From Methanocaldococcus sp. 28A (GTDB lineage Archaea; AGJL01; Methanococci; Methanococcales; Methanocaldococcaceae): 64,000 nt of DNA. Below, in pieces: positions 10,544 to 22,140 of the stretch (the first letter of the stretch is position 1; every line of letters begins with the position of its first letter). Under the pieces are notes generated by a model. The model was not told the origin of the DNA, ran no database searches, and was given only the letters and a program-made list of their open reading frames with translations. Made by a program: the position numbers and the translations under genes. The DNA lies in the NCBI GenBank assembly GCA_049852185.1, contig CP187540.1. One strand, 5' to 3'.

Positions 10544-13500
10544 ATGGAGAAACCATGGGTGGAAAAGTATAGACCAAAAACATTAGATGATATTGTAGGG
10601 CAGGATGAAATCGTAAAGAGATTAAAGAAATATGTTGAAAAAAAGAGTATGCCTCATCTTTTATTCAGCGGACCTCCAGGAGTTGGAAAATGCTTAACAG
10701 GAGATACAAAAGTTATAGTAAATGGGGAGATTAGAGAGATTAGAGAAGTTGTTGATGAAATAAGCAATGGAAGATTTGGAGCTACATTAACTGATAATAT
10801 AAAAGTTTTAGGAATTGATAAAGAAGGAAAAGTTAGAGAACTTAATGTGCATTATGTGTATAAAGATAAAACTAATGCTTTAATAAAAATAAAAACTAAG
10901 ATGGGAAGAGAATTAAAAGTAACAACCTACCACCCTCTACTAATAAACAACAAAAATGGAGATATAAAATGGGAAAAAGCAGAAAATCTAAAGGTTGGAG
11001 ATAGATTAGCAACACCAAGATACATTTTATTTGAAGAACATGATTATGATGAAGAATTAGCAGAATGGCTTGGATACTTTATAGGAGATGGACATGCAGA
11101 TAAAAACTCAAATGTTATAAAATTCACAAACAGCGATGAAAACCTTAGAAAGAGATTTGCTGAACTTACTGAAAAGTTGTTTAAAGATGCAAAAATAAAA
11201 GAGAGAATACACAAAGACAGGACTCCAGATATTTATGTTAATTCAAAAGAAGCTATAGCACTTATTGACAAACTTGGTTTAAGAGGAAAGAAAGCAGATA
11301 AAGTTAGAATTCCAAAAGAAATAATGAGAAGTAATGCATTAAAAGCATTTTTAAGAGCATACTTTGATTGCGATGGAGGGGTTGAGAAGAACTCAGTAGT
11401 TCTATCAACTGCAAGTAAGGAGATGGCAGAGGATTTAGTCTATGCTCTATTAAGGTTTAGAATAATTGCAAAATTAAGAGAAAAATTAAATAAAGATAAT
11501 AATAAAACATATTGTCACATTGTTATATCCAATTCTTCAAACTTAAAGGCATTCTTAGAAAATATTGGATTCAGCCAAGAGAGAAAACTTAAAAAGTTAT
11601 TAGAGATTATAAAAGATGAAAATCCAAACTTAGATGTTATAATTATTGACAAAGAGAAAATAAAATACATAAGAGATAAATTAAAAATTAAATTAACAAG
11701 AGACATTGAAAAAGATAATTGGAGCTATAATAAATGTAAAAAAATATCTCAAGAACTTTTAAAAGAAATATACTACAGATTAGAAGAGTTAAAAGAAATT
11801 GAAAAAGTATTAGAAGAGAGTATATTAATCGATTGGAAAGAAGTTGAAGAAAGAAGAAAAGAAATTGCAGAAAAAACTGGAATAAGAAGTGATAGAATTT
11901 TAGAGTATATTAAGGGCAAAAGAAAACCAAGTTTAAAGAATTATATAAAGATTGCCAAAGCCCTTAATAAGAATATTGAAAAAACTATTGATGCAATGAG
12001 AATCTTTGCTAAAAAGTATTCAAACTATGCAGAGATTGGAAAAATGCTTAATATGTGGAATTCAAGTGTAATAATTTACTTAGAAAGCAATACACAAGAA
12101 ATTGAAAAACTTGGAGAAATTAGAAAGGTTGAACTTAAACTTGTAAGAGATATCCTTAATGATGAGAAATTAATGGATAGCATTAGCTATGTGTTATTCT
12201 TAGCAACAAATGATATTTATTGGGATGAAATTGTTGAAATTGAGCAATTAAATGGAGATTTCATAATCTACGATTTACATGTCCCAAAATATCACAACTT
12301 TGTTGGAGGTAATTTACCAACTATATTGCACAATACAACCGCGGCTTTATGTTTAGCAAGGGATTTATTTGGAGAAAATTGGAGAGACAACTTTTTAGAG
12401 TTAAATGCCTCTGTTTCAAAAGATACTCCAATATTAGTTAAAATAGATGGAAAGATAAAGAGAACAACCTTTGAAGAACTTGATAAAATATACTTTGAAA
12501 CTGATGAGGAAAATGAGATGTATAAGAACGTTGATAACTTAGAGGTTTTAACCATTGATGAAAACTTTAAGGTTAAATGGAGAAAGGTTTCTACAATAAT
12601 TAGGCATAAAGTTGATAAAATCTTAAGAATTAAGTTTGAAGGAGGATATATAGAGCTAACTGGAAACCACTCAATTATGATGCTTGATGAAAATGGTTTA
12701 GTGGCAAAGAAGGCAAGTGATATAAAAGTTGGGGATTGTTTCTTAAGTTTTGTGGCAAATATTGAGGGCGAAAAAGATAAATTGAATCTAAAGGAGTTTG
12801 AACCAAAGGATATTACTTCAAGGGTTAAGGTAATTAATGACTTTGGAGTTGATGAGGATACTGCATGGATGCTTGGATTGTATGTTGCTGAGGGGGCTGT
12901 AGGATTTAGAAGAAAGACATCTGGGCAGGTTGTTTATACATTGGGTAGCCATGAGCATGAACTAATTAATAAATTAAATGATATTATTGATAAAAAAGGA
13001 TTTAGCAAATATGAAAATTTCACAGGTTCTGGATTTAACAGGAAAAGGTTATCTGCAAAGCAAATTAGAATATTAAATACACAACTTGCAAGATTCGTAG
13101 AAAAAAACTTCTATGGTGGAAATGGAAAAAAAGCAAGAAATAAAAGAATCCCAGATATTATATTTGAGTTAAAAGATAATTTAAGAGTTGAATTCTTAAA
13201 AGGATTGGCTGATGGAGATGGTAGTGGAAATTGGGAAAATGTTGTAAGAATATCATCCAAATCAAATGATTTATTAATCGATACTGTATGGCTTGCAAGA
13301 ATATCTGGCATTGAAAGTTCGATATTTGAAAATGAGGCAAGATTGATTCGGAAAGGGGGAATGTGGTGGAAGAAAAGCAACTTACTGCCTGCTGAACCAA
13401 TAATCAAAATAATTAAAAAGTTAGATAATAAGATAAATGGAAACTGGAAATACATATTGAGACATCAACTCTATGAAAATAAAAAGAGAGTTTCAAAGGA

Positions 13501-14446
13501 TAAAATTAAGCAAATTTTAGAACTGGTTGATATTGAGAAATTATCAGAGGACGAGAAAAAAGCTTATGATTTATTGAAAAAGCTATCTGAAACTGAGTTG
13601 CATGCATTGGTTGTTAAGGAGATTGAAATTATTGATTACAATGACTTTGTTTATGATGTCTCAGTTCCAAACAATGAAATGTTCTTTGCTGGAAATGTTC
13701 CGATATTATTGCATAATTCAGATGAAAGAGGGATAGATGTTATTAGAACAAAAGTAAAAGATTTTGCAAGAACTAAACCTATTGGAGATGTTCCATTTAA
13801 AATTATATTCTTAGATGAGAGTGATGCATTAACTGCAGATGCTCAAAACGCTTTAAGAAGAACTATGGAGAAGTATTCAGATGTAGCTCGTTTCATACTC
13901 TCTTGCAACTATCCGAGCAAAATTATTCCACCAATCCAATCAAGATGCGCTATCTTTAGATTTTCACCATTAAAGAAGGAAGATATTGCCAAAAAATTAA
14001 AAGAAATTGCTGAAAAGGAGGGATTAAACTTAACTGAAAGTGGTTTAGAGGCAATTATTTATGTCTCTGAAGGAGATATGAGAAAGGCAATAAATGTTTT
14101 ACAAACAGCAGCAGCTTTAAGTGATGTTATAGACGATGAGATTGTTTATAAAGTCTCATCAAGAGCAAGACCTGAGGAAGTTAAGAAAATGATGCAATTG
14201 GCTTTAGATGGAAAGTTTATTGAAGCGAGAGATTTATTATATAAACTTATGGTTGAGTGGGGAATGAGTGGAGAAGATATTTTAAACCAGATGTTTAGAG
14301 AAATAAATAACTTGGATATTGATGAGAGAAAGAAGGTCGAGTTAGCAGATGCTATTGGTGAAACTGACTTTAGAATAGTTGAAGGAGCTAACGAAAGAAT
14401 ACAATTGAGTGCTTTGTTGGCTAAGATGGCGTTAATGGGAAAATAA
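10544..14446 (+). CDS. rfcS: Replication factor C small subunit precursor with two inteins (mature extein about 316 aa)
   Basis: PWVEKYRP, Walker A GPPGVGK|T, LELNA|SDERG, LDESD, IQSRC; two in-frame insertions. Confidence 0.97.
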   Translation: MEKPWVEKYRPKTLDDIVGQDEIVKRLKKYVEKKSMPHLLFSGPPGVGKCLTGDTKVIVNGEIREIREVVDEISNGRFGATLTDNIKVLGIDKEGKVRELNVHYVYKDKTNALIKIKTKMGRELKVTTYHPLLINNKNGDIKWEKAENLKVGDRLATPRYILFEEHDYDEELAEWLGYFIGDGHADKNSNVIKFTNSDENLRKRFAELTEKLFKDAKIKERIHKDRTPDIYVNSKEAIALIDKLGLRGKKADKVRIPKEIMRSNALKAFLRAYFDCDGGVEKNSVVLSTASKEMAEDLVYALLRFRIIAKLREKLNKDNNKTYCHIVISNSSNLKAFLENIGFSQERKLKKLLEIIKDENPNLDVIIIDKEKIKYIRDKLKIKLTRDIEKDNWSYNKCKKISQELLKEIYYRLEELKEIEKVLEESILIDWKEVEERRKEIAEKTGIRSDRILEYIKGKRKPSLKNYIKIAKALNKNIEKTIDAMRIFAKKYSNYAEIGKMLNMWNSSVIIYLESNTQEIEKLGEIRKVELKLVRDILNDEKLMDSISYVLFLATNDIYWDEIVEIEQLNGDFIIYDLHVPKYHNFVGGNLPTILHNTTAALCLARDLFGENWRDNFLELNASVSKDTPILVKIDGKIKRTTFEELDKIYFETDEENEMYKNVDNLEVLTIDENFKVKWRKVSTIIRHKVDKILRIKFEGGYIELTGNHSIMMLDENGLVAKKASDIKVGDCFLSFVANIEGEKDKLNLKEFEPKDITSRVKVINDFGVDEDTAWMLGLYVAEGAVGFRRKTSGQVVYTLGSHEHELINKLNDIIDKKGFSKYENFTGSGFNRKRLSAKQIRILNTQLARFVEKNFYGGNGKKARNKRIPDIIFELKDNLRVEFLKGLADGDGSGNWENVVRISSKSNDLLIDTVWLARISGIESSIFENEARLIRKGGMWWKKSNLLPAEPIIKIIKKLDNKINGNWKYILRHQLYENKKRVSKDKIKQILELVDIEKLSEDEKKAYDLLKKLSETELHALVVKEIEIIDYNDFVYDVSVPNNEMFFAGNVPILLHNSDERGIDVIRTKVKDFARTKPIGDVPFKIIFLDESDALTADAQNALRRTMEKYSDVARFILSCNYPSKIIPPIQSRCAIFRFSPLKKEDIAKKLKEIAEKEGLNLTESGLEAIIYVSEGDMRKAINVLQTAAALSDVIDDEIVYKVSSRARPEEVKKMMQLALDGKFIEARDLLYKLMVEWGMSGEDILNQMFREINNLDIDERKKVELADAIGETDFRIVEGANERIQLSALLAKMALMGK
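10691..12334 (+). mobile_element. Intein 1 in RfcS (548 aa) with LAGLIDADG homing endonuclease and HTH insert
   Basis: Starts CLTGDT after GK, ends ILHN before T; LGYFIGDG and LRAYFDCDG blocks. Confidence 0.94.
12410..13717 (+). mobile_element. Intein 2 in RfcS (436 aa) with LAGLIDADG homing endonuclease
   Basis: Starts SVSKDT after ELNA, ends LLHN before SDERG; LGLYVAEG and LKGLADGDG blocks. Confidence 0.94.
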
Positions 14447-14560
14447 AAATTTAATTTAGTTAAATTAAATTTAACTCCTCTTTTTCATGAATAATTTTAT
14501 TATTTCATTATAAACCTCTTCAACTAAGCTATTTTGGAATATAAAAAGTAGGAGATAGTT

Positions 14561-15886
14561 ATGAAAAGAATTGTGCTTGCTGGAACATCAAGTGAAGTCG
14601 GAAAAACAGTTATTTCTACTGGAATTATGAAAGCTCTATCAAAAAAATACAATGTTCAAGGCTATAAGGTAGGGCCGGATTATATAGACCCAACTTATCA
14701 TACAATTGCCACTGGAAATAAATCAAGGAATCTTGACTCATTTTTTATGAATAAGGAACAAATAAAATATCTCTTCCAAAAACATTCTAAAGATAAAGAT
14801 ATAAGCGTAATTGAAGGAGTTAGGGGACTTTATGAGGGAATATCTGCAATAGAAGATGTTGGAAGTACTGCAAGTGTAGCTAAAGCTTTAGAAAGCCCCA
14901 TAATTCTGCTTGTAAATGCAAAGAGCTTAACAAGAAGTGCAATAGCAATGATAAAAGGTTTTATGAGTTTTGATAATGTGAAAATTAAAGGTGTTATTTT
15001 CAATTTTGTTAGAAGTGAAAAGCATATAAAGAAATTAAAAGAGGCTATGAGCTATTATTTACCAAATGTTGAGATAATTGGCTTTATTCCAAGGAATGAA
15101 AATTTCAAAGTTGAAGGAAGGCATCTTGGTTTAATTCCAACACCAGAAAATTTAGAGGAGATAAAGAATAAGGTTGAATTATGGGGAGAATTAGTTGAGA
15201 AGTACTTAGATTTAGATAAAATTGTGGAAATTGCTGATGAGGATTTTGAAGAGATTGATGATGTCTTTTTATGGGAAGTTAATGAAAATTACAAAAAAAT
15301 AGCTGTTGCTTATGATGAAGCATTTAACTTTTACTATTGGGATAACTTTGATGCCTTAAAAGAAAATAAAGCTAAAATAGAATTTTTTAGCCCATTAAAA
15401 GATAGTGAGGTTCCAGATGCAGATATTTTGTATATTGGTGGAGGGTATCCAGAACTCTTTAAAGAAGAGTTAAGCAAAAATAAAGAAATTATTGAGAGTA
15501 TTAGGGAATTTGATGGCTACATTTATGGAGAGTGTGGAGGTTTGATGTATTTAACAAAATCTATAGATGGAGTTCCAATGGTTGGCTTGTTGAACTGCTC
15601 TGCAGTTATGACAAAGCATGTTCAAGGGCTTAGTTATGTTAAAGCTGAATTTTTAGAAAATTGCTTAATTGGAAGAGAAAGATTAAAGTTTAAAGGGCAT
15701 GAATTCCATTATTCAAAGCTTGTCAATATAAAAGAAGAGAGATTTGCTTATAAAATAGAGAGGGGGAGAGGTATTGTTAATAACTTAGATGGAATTTTTA
15801 ATGGGAAAGTTTTAGCTGGTTATTTACATAATCATGCAGTAGCCAATCCTTATTTTGCTTCATCTATGGTTAATTTTGAAGAATAA
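14561..15886 (+). CDS. cfbB: Ni-sirohydrochlorin/cobyrinate a,c-diamide synthase
   Basis: [40 protein letters not shown]. Confidence 0.9.
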   Translation: MKRIVLAGTSSEVGKTVISTGIMKALSKKYNVQGYKVGPDYIDPTYHTIATGNKSRNLDSFFMNKEQIKYLFQKHSKDKDISVIEGVRGLYEGISAIEDVGSTASVAKALESPIILLVNAKSLTRSAIAMIKGFMSFDNVKIKGVIFNFVRSEKHIKKLKEAMSYYLPNVEIIGFIPRNENFKVEGRHLGLIPTPENLEEIKNKVELWGELVEKYLDLDKIVEIADEDFEEIDDVFLWEVNENYKKIAVAYDEAFNFYYWDNFDALKENKAKIEFFSPLKDSEVPDADILYIGGGYPELFKEELSKNKEIIESIREFDGYIYGECGGLMYLTKSIDGVPMVGLLNCSAVMTKHVQGLSYVKAEFLENCLIGRERLKFKGHEFHYSKLVNIKEERFAYKIERGRGIVNNLDGIFNGKVLAGYLHNHAVANPYFASSMVNFEE

Positions 15887-15892
15887 TTCACA

Positions 15893-16045
15893 TAGGACTT
15901 TCGCAACTGTTATTTATAATTTATACTCATATATAAACCTTCAGGTAATGAAAATCTATAAATGTGTATATTTGTCTATGAAAAATTAATCTGTTTCAAA
16001 CGGCTATTGTTAATCTAAGTATCCAATGTATTTGCGAAAGTCCTA
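15893..16045. repeat. Palindromic MITE-like repeat, long variant (153 bp)
   Basis: Perfect 14-bp terminal inverted repeat TAGGACTTTCGCAA / TTGCGAAAGTCCTA. Confidence 0.85.
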
Positions 16046-16148
16046 GATAATAATTTTATTAAATTTATCTTTTCATCTTAATATTCCACTATTTTATAAA
16101 AAATTATTTTTACATTATAATATAAAAATTTAGTAATTTTATAATATC

Positions 16149-16164
16149 CGCAAAAATTTTATAC
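16149..16164 (+). promoter_or_regulatory. BRE/TATA promoter of tRNA-Val
   Basis: CGCAAAAA-TTTTATA about 30 nt upstream of the tRNA. Confidence 0.6.
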
Positions 16165-16189
16165 CTCAAATATTGTATTTTTATATATT

Positions 16190-16262
<73 letters not shown>

Positions 16263-16365
16263 CTATTTATTGTAGATATTCTTATTTCATTCATTTTTAT
16301 TTAGTTTTTGAATCTTCTTTTTTTTAGTTAATGTTTAATCATAATTATAATTTTGAGGTGTTTTT

Positions 16366-17556
16366 ATGAAACTCAGAATGAAGCCAGAGGATTTTATCGT
16401 TGAAGAAATTATCGATTTTGATAAAATATCTGGAGATAAATGTTACTTATACAAATTAACAAAAAGAAATATAGAGAGTTTAAAAGCCTTCTCCTATATA
16501 TCAAAAAAATTTAAAATTCCATTAAAAGATATTGGCTACTGTGGATTGAAAGATAGGCATGCTTTAACATCTCAATATATATCCATACCAAAAAAATATG
16601 GGAAACTAAGCTTAGACGAACCAAATTTAAAATTAAAGTTAGTTGGAGAATCAAAATTTTTATTATTAGGGGATTTGGAGGGGAATAAATTTACAATAAC
16701 AGTTAGGGGTTTAAAAAAGGATGATATTCCAAAGATTAAAGAAAATTTAAAATATTTACACTATGGAGCTCCAAATTATTTTGATAGTCAGAGATTTGGT
16801 AGTGTTTATGACAAAGAATTTATTGCTAAAGAAGTAATAAAGGGCAACTACGAAGAAGCTGTAAAAATATTGCTAACAAAATACAAAAAATCTGAAAAGA
16901 AAATAATAAAAGATTTAAAGAGATTTATAGCCAAAAACTGGGGAGATTGGGACAAGGTTTGGAAGTATATTAAAGAAAATAATATAAAGGCAAGATTATA
17001 TGTAAATATGGTTAAAGAACTTAAAAAAAGTAATGATTACAAAAAAGCTTTAAGCTATGTTGATGATAGATTGAAGAAAATTTTTGTTGCTGCCTATCAA
17101 AGCTATCTATGGAATGAATGTGTAAAAGAGTTATTAAATAAATATATCCCAGAAAAAGATAGAGTTTATTACGAATATGAATGTGGAACTTTTATGTTTT
17201 ACAAAAAAATGGATGATGAGATTTTTAATATCTTGAGGAGTAAAAAGTTTCCAACAATAGCACCAGATGTTGAATATCATGGAGAAGAAAAAGAAATTAT
17301 TGACAAAGTTTTAAAAAAAGAAGGAATTTCAATGGAAGAGTTAAATAACATTGGAGATTTAGGAAGATTTATATACAGTGAAAGGGAGATAATATTGATT
17401 CCAAAAAATTTAAAAATTGGAGAATTTGAAGAGGATGAGTTAAATAAAGGAAAATATAAAATAACTTTAAGTTATGAATTAGAGAAAGGAAGTTATGCAA
17501 CAATTATAATAAAGAGGGCTTTCTTGGGAGTAAAAACTAAAAAAAGAAAGAGATAA
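16366..17556 (+). CDS. truD: tRNA pseudouridine(13) synthase
   Basis: PEDFIVEE, GLKDRHA, GNKFTI, PNYFDSQRFG, AAYQSYLWN, GSYAT. Confidence 0.94.
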   Translation: MKLRMKPEDFIVEEIIDFDKISGDKCYLYKLTKRNIESLKAFSYISKKFKIPLKDIGYCGLKDRHALTSQYISIPKKYGKLSLDEPNLKLKLVGESKFLLLGDLEGNKFTITVRGLKKDDIPKIKENLKYLHYGAPNYFDSQRFGSVYDKEFIAKEVIKGNYEEAVKILLTKYKKSEKKIIKDLKRFIAKNWGDWDKVWKYIKENNIKARLYVNMVKELKKSNDYKKALSYVDDRLKKIFVAAYQSYLWNECVKELLNKYIPEKDRVYYEYECGTFMFYKKMDDEIFNILRSKKFPTIAPDVEYHGEEKEIIDKVLKKEGISMEELNNIGDLGRFIYSEREIILIPKNLKIGEFEEDELNKGKYKITLSYELEKGSYATIIIKRAFLGVKTKKRKR

Positions 17557-17562
17557 AATTAA

Positions 17563-17671
17563 ATAGGACTTTCGCAGAATAAATATTTTATTAAATATAG
17601 TTACCTTTAAGTGTCTAAATTCCAAAAATTAATATATTAAGAATTAATATATAAAGCTGCGAAAGTGCTAT
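17563..17671. repeat. Palindromic MITE-like repeat (109 bp)
   Basis: ATAGGACTTTCGCAG / CTGCGAAAGTGCTAT (1 mismatch). Confidence 0.85.
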
Positions 17672-17692
17672 TATATCTAAATGGTGATTATT

Positions 17693-18883
17693 TTGAAACA
17701 TGTTAAAATATTTAATGGAGTTAATGAATGCGATATCTATTTAATTGGAACTGCCCATGTTTCAGAAGATAGTGTTGAAGAAGTTGAAAAGATTATATCA
17801 TCTATTTCTCCAGATGGAATTGCTGTAGAGCTTGATGATAAAAGATTTTTTTCATTAATGTCAGCTAACGATGAGAGAAGAGTGGATTTAAAAAAAGTTT
17901 TAAAAGAAGGAAATTTCATAAGATTTTTCATATATTTGATTTTAGCTAATTCTCAAAAAAAGATAGGGGAAAGTTTTGGAATAAAACCAGGTAGTGAGAT
18001 GAAAAAAGCTATAGAATTAGCAAGTTTATATGGACTTCCTATATATCTGATTGATAGGAATATAGATATAACTTTATCAAGATTAATGGATAAAATGAGT
18101 TTTAAAGAAAAAATAAAGATTCTTTGGGAGTTATTAAATTCTAATGAAGAAGATTTAGAAATGAATGATGATTTATTAAAAGATATGGTTAAAAATCCTG
18201 AAAAATTTACAAAAATGTTGAGAGAGATATCTCCAACAATATATGAAGTTTTAGTGGATGAGAGAGATAGATTTATGGCTAAAAGATTATTTGAACTTAG
18301 TAAAGGTAGAAATTCAATAGTTGCTGTGGTTGGAGCAGGGCATGTTGAAGGAATTGTGAGATATTTAAAACAGCTTGAAAATGGTGAAGATATTGATTTA
18401 ATGGAATTAATAAGAGTAAAAAAGAGAAAAAAATCACTAACAAAGCTTTTAACTTATGGTATTTCATTGGCAATAATTGTTATCTTTTTATATGTTGTGT
18501 ATTATGCATTAATTAATCCTGAATTGTTAGAGATGATAACCTTTCAATGGATACTATTTACTGGAGGTTTATCGGCTTTAGGAGTTATATTAGCGAGAGG
18601 TAAGTTGATAACTGCATTAATTGCCTTTCTTTCAGCTCCTATAACTACACTAATTCCTTTACCATTAGCGGCTGTAGGAACAATAGCAGGACTTGTAGAG
18701 TTAAAATATAGAGAAATAACAGATAAAGATTTAGTGGGAATAATAAATGCCGAATCAATTAAAGAGCTTTTAAACAACAATTTATTTAGAGTTTTGTTAG
18801 TGGTAACATTATCAAATATAGGGGCATCAATTGGTATGTTCTATTGCTTAGGAAAGTTTATAGGTTTTTGCAAAATCTTTTAG
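17693..18883 (+). CDS. TraB/PrgY (pheromone shutdown-like) family membrane protein
   Basis: LIGTAHVS, VELD, PGSEM, DERD, VVGAGH; hydrophobic C-terminus; start could be 17681. Confidence 0.88.
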   Translation: MKHVKIFNGVNECDIYLIGTAHVSEDSVEEVEKIISSISPDGIAVELDDKRFFSLMSANDERRVDLKKVLKEGNFIRFFIYLILANSQKKIGESFGIKPGSEMKKAIELASLYGLPIYLIDRNIDITLSRLMDKMSFKEKIKILWELLNSNEEDLEMNDDLLKDMVKNPEKFTKMLREISPTIYEVLVDERDRFMAKRLFELSKGRNSIVAVVGAGHVEGIVRYLKQLENGEDIDLMELIRVKKRKKSLTKLLTYGISLAIIVIFLYVVYYALINPELLEMITFQWILFTGGLSALGVILARGKLITALIAFLSAPITTLIPLPLAAVGTIAGLVELKYREITDKDLVGIINAESIKELLNNNLFRVLLVVTLSNIGASIGMFYCLGKFIGFCKIF

Positions 18884-18905
18884 GATAAATTTGCAAAAAC
18901 TTATA
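18859..18905. repeat. Short palindrome overlapping the TraB-family stop codon, between convergent genes
   Basis: TATAGGTTTTTGCAAA / TTTGCAAAAACTTATA, 16-bp arms with 1 mismatch. Confidence 0.72.
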
Positions 18906-18919
18906 GTGGATTTTTATTA

Positions 18920-19774
<855 letters not shown>

Positions 19775-19793
19775 TTATATCACCTTTTTAATT

Positions 19794-20690
19794 TTAGTGT
19801 TTTATTTCTACTTCATTCCTAAACTCTAAACCTACTTTATCTCCAACATTTAAATCTTTTTCAGTGAAAGCTTTAATGATGTAACCATTATATTTAACAA
19901 ACACCTTTTTATATTTTCCATAATCTATGATATTTACAACCTCTCCTTCATTTCCATGTTTGATAATTACATCCTCTGGAGCTATTGCCTTATCGTCTAT
20001 AATATTAAATCCTAAAAACTCAGCTACTTTTTTATTCTTAGGTTTTTTTAATATCTCCTTAGCTCCAAAAGCTATTAATTCTCCATTAATAAATATTCCT
20101 ATTTTTTCTCCCAATGTTCTTGCTTCAGCCAAATCATGAGTTATGTGTAAAACAGGTATATGTTTTATCTTTTTTAACTCAGAGATAATGCTTTCTTTAA
20201 TTTTGATATCTACAGCAGATGTAGGTTCATCTAAAAGTAAAATAGAAGGATTTAAAATTAAAGCCCTTGCTAAGGCTACTCTCTGCTGCTCTCCTCCACT
20301 CAAAGTTTTAACATTCCTATCCAATAAATGGGAAATATTTAAAAACTCAGCTATTTCCTTAACTTTTCTATCAATCTCCAATTTATTAACTTTTTTTATT
20401 ATCAACCCATAGGCAATGTTTTTATAAACATTCTTGTTTGGAAATAATGCATAGTTTTGAGGAACATAGCCAACATTTCTTTTTTCTGGAGGTAAATTTG
20501 TAATATCTCTCCCATTTAATAAAATTCTACCAGAGTCAGGTTTTAGTATCCCAGCTATACATTTTATTAAGACAGATTTTCCTGCTCCACTTGGACCGAG
20601 AATTACACAATACTCTTTATCCATTTCAAAGGAAACGTTTTTTAATCTAAAATCCTTCCAACTTTTTGATAAATTTTCTACTTTAAGCAT
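19794..20690 (-). CDS. wtpC: Tungstate/molybdate ABC transporter ATP-binding protein
   Basis: GPSGAGKS, LSGGEQQR, LLLDEP; overlaps permease gene. Confidence 0.82.
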   Translation of the reverse strand: MLKVENLSKSWKDFRLKNVSFEMDKEYCVILGPSGAGKSVLIKCIAGILKPDSGRILLNGRDITNLPPEKRNVGYVPQNYALFPNKNVYKNIAYGLIIKKVNKLEIDRKVKEIAEFLNISHLLDRNVKTLSGGEQQRVALARALILNPSILLLDEPTSAVDIKIKESIISELKKIKHIPVLHITHDLAEARTLGEKIGIFINGELIAFGAKEILKKPKNKKVAEFLGFNIIDDKAIAPEDVIIKHGNEGEVVNIIDYGKYKKVFVKYNGYIIKAFTEKDLNVGDKVGLEFRNEVEIKH

Positions 20691-21441
20691 TATTTCCCCT
20701 TTTTATATTTCCAATAATTCTTAACACTGCAAATAATGCTATACTAATCAAAATCATTCCAACTGATATTGGTTTTGAAGCTCCTAAACCAAAATTCATA
20801 AATCTCTCTAGTATTAAAACTGGGACGGTTTTTGGATAATAAGCAATTATCAATATTGCCCCAACTTCACTAATTCCTCTTGCAAAGCTTAAAATAATCC
20901 CTGAGATGATATTATTCTTTATTAATGGTAGGGATATTTCAAAAAACGTCCTTATCTTTGAAGCTCCTAAGGTTCTTGATACATACTCAATTTCTTCATC
21001 AACACTCAAAAATCCATCTCTTATGCTATTAATCATAAATGGAATTCCTACAAATAAATAAACAACTACTATTCCCCAGAAGTTATCAACTATATATCTA
21101 CCAATAAATTTTATAACATCAATACCGTAAATGAAAGATAAAATAATTATTCCAATAACACTGTGAGGTATAGCCATTGGTAAGTCTAACACTGCCTCAA
21201 GAAAACTTTTAAATTTAAAATTATATCTTGCCAAAATATATCCAGAAGGTATTCCAAAAATTAGTGCTATTATAGTAGCAACAGCTCCAGCTAATAGTGT
21301 AGTTTTAAACGCCTCTACAACCTCTTTATCCAATAATAAGCTCAAATCTCCGAGATTTGATAACATATAAATTATAGGCAGAAATATGAACAAGAATATC
21401 ATTATCAAAAACATAGTCATTACAATATCAAACTTTTCCAT
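20683..21441 (-). CDS. wtpB: Tungstate/molybdate ABC transporter permease
   Basis: DLPMAIPHSVIG, EAA-like loop SRTLGAS, FARGISEVGA, AYYP. Confidence 0.84.
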   Translation of the reverse strand: MEKFDIVMTMFLIMIFLFIFLPIIYMLSNLGDLSLLLDKEVVEAFKTTLLAGAVATIIALIFGIPSGYILARYNFKFKSFLEAVLDLPMAIPHSVIGIIILSFIYGIDVIKFIGRYIVDNFWGIVVVYLFVGIPFMINSIRDGFLSVDEEIEYVSRTLGASKIRTFFEISLPLIKNNIISGIILSFARGISEVGAILIIAYYPKTVPVLILERFMNFGLGASKPISVGMILISIALFAVLRIIGNIKRGNNA

Positions 21442-21556
21442 ATGAATCCCATTAAATAATAGTTGTTAATTAGTTTAATAATATATTTCATCATAATTAT
21501 TATTTTTACTATTTATGTTTTTGTTAATCGTATTTATTTAACATTTTTATGTGGTT

Positions 21557-21574
21557 GAGGTTGTCAAGATAAGG
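21557..21574 (+). mobile_element. Solitary IS6 terminal inverted repeat
   Basis: GAGGTTGTCAAGATAAGG, exact reverse complement of 43600-43617. Confidence 0.8.
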
Positions 21575-21634
21575 ATAGGTGCCAGTTATATAGGGCGGGT
21601 AAAGATTCGAGTCAGCTAACCTTTCTTAACAATA

Positions 21635-22040
21635 TTAATTAGCTATAAAGCGATAACTATTTTAGTTAATCCTGCTTATACATCAAAGACCTGTCCTATA
21701 TGCGGGAGTAAAATAGAGTCCCAAGAAGGGCAAGTTGTTTATTGCTCTATTGTGAAAACTCTTTTAATCGACAATTATTTGGCTGTTTTAATATCTTTAA
21801 AAGAGGTTTAGGAAAAGTTAAAGAAATTATGGGTGGCTTTGGGGCTATCTCGGAACGAAGCGACGAGAACTTAAAAACTGTAAGGTTTTTATGTCCACGA
21901 CAGAGGCAGAGGTTTCCATTAGGAAACTGATGACGCCCAATCCCAACGTAGTCTATAAAGTCAATTATAATGGAAAATATCTAATTAAAATTTCCTAAAT
22001 GTCTATCTTTGTCTATAAATGACTACGTTGGGAGAACCCC
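21635..22040 (+). pseudogene. IS200/IS605-family tnpB (Zn-ribbon) 3' remnant with structured right end
   Basis: LISYKAITILVNPAYTSKTCPICG...VYCS, frameshift, CENSFNRQLFGCFNIFKRG; downstream hairpins and a 13-bp inverted repeat. Confidence 0.8.
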
Positions 22041-22140
22041 ATGGTAAGGATATTAATCTAAGTGAGAGTTTTTAACCCTATTCTCTTCTAAAGAAACATC
22101 TACTTTAAGAAAAGAACCCAAACCCTATTTGGTGATAAAT

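Noticed and set aside
21742-21930. 62-aa ORF as an independent gene
   Set aside because: It is the frameshifted continuation of the tnpB relic.
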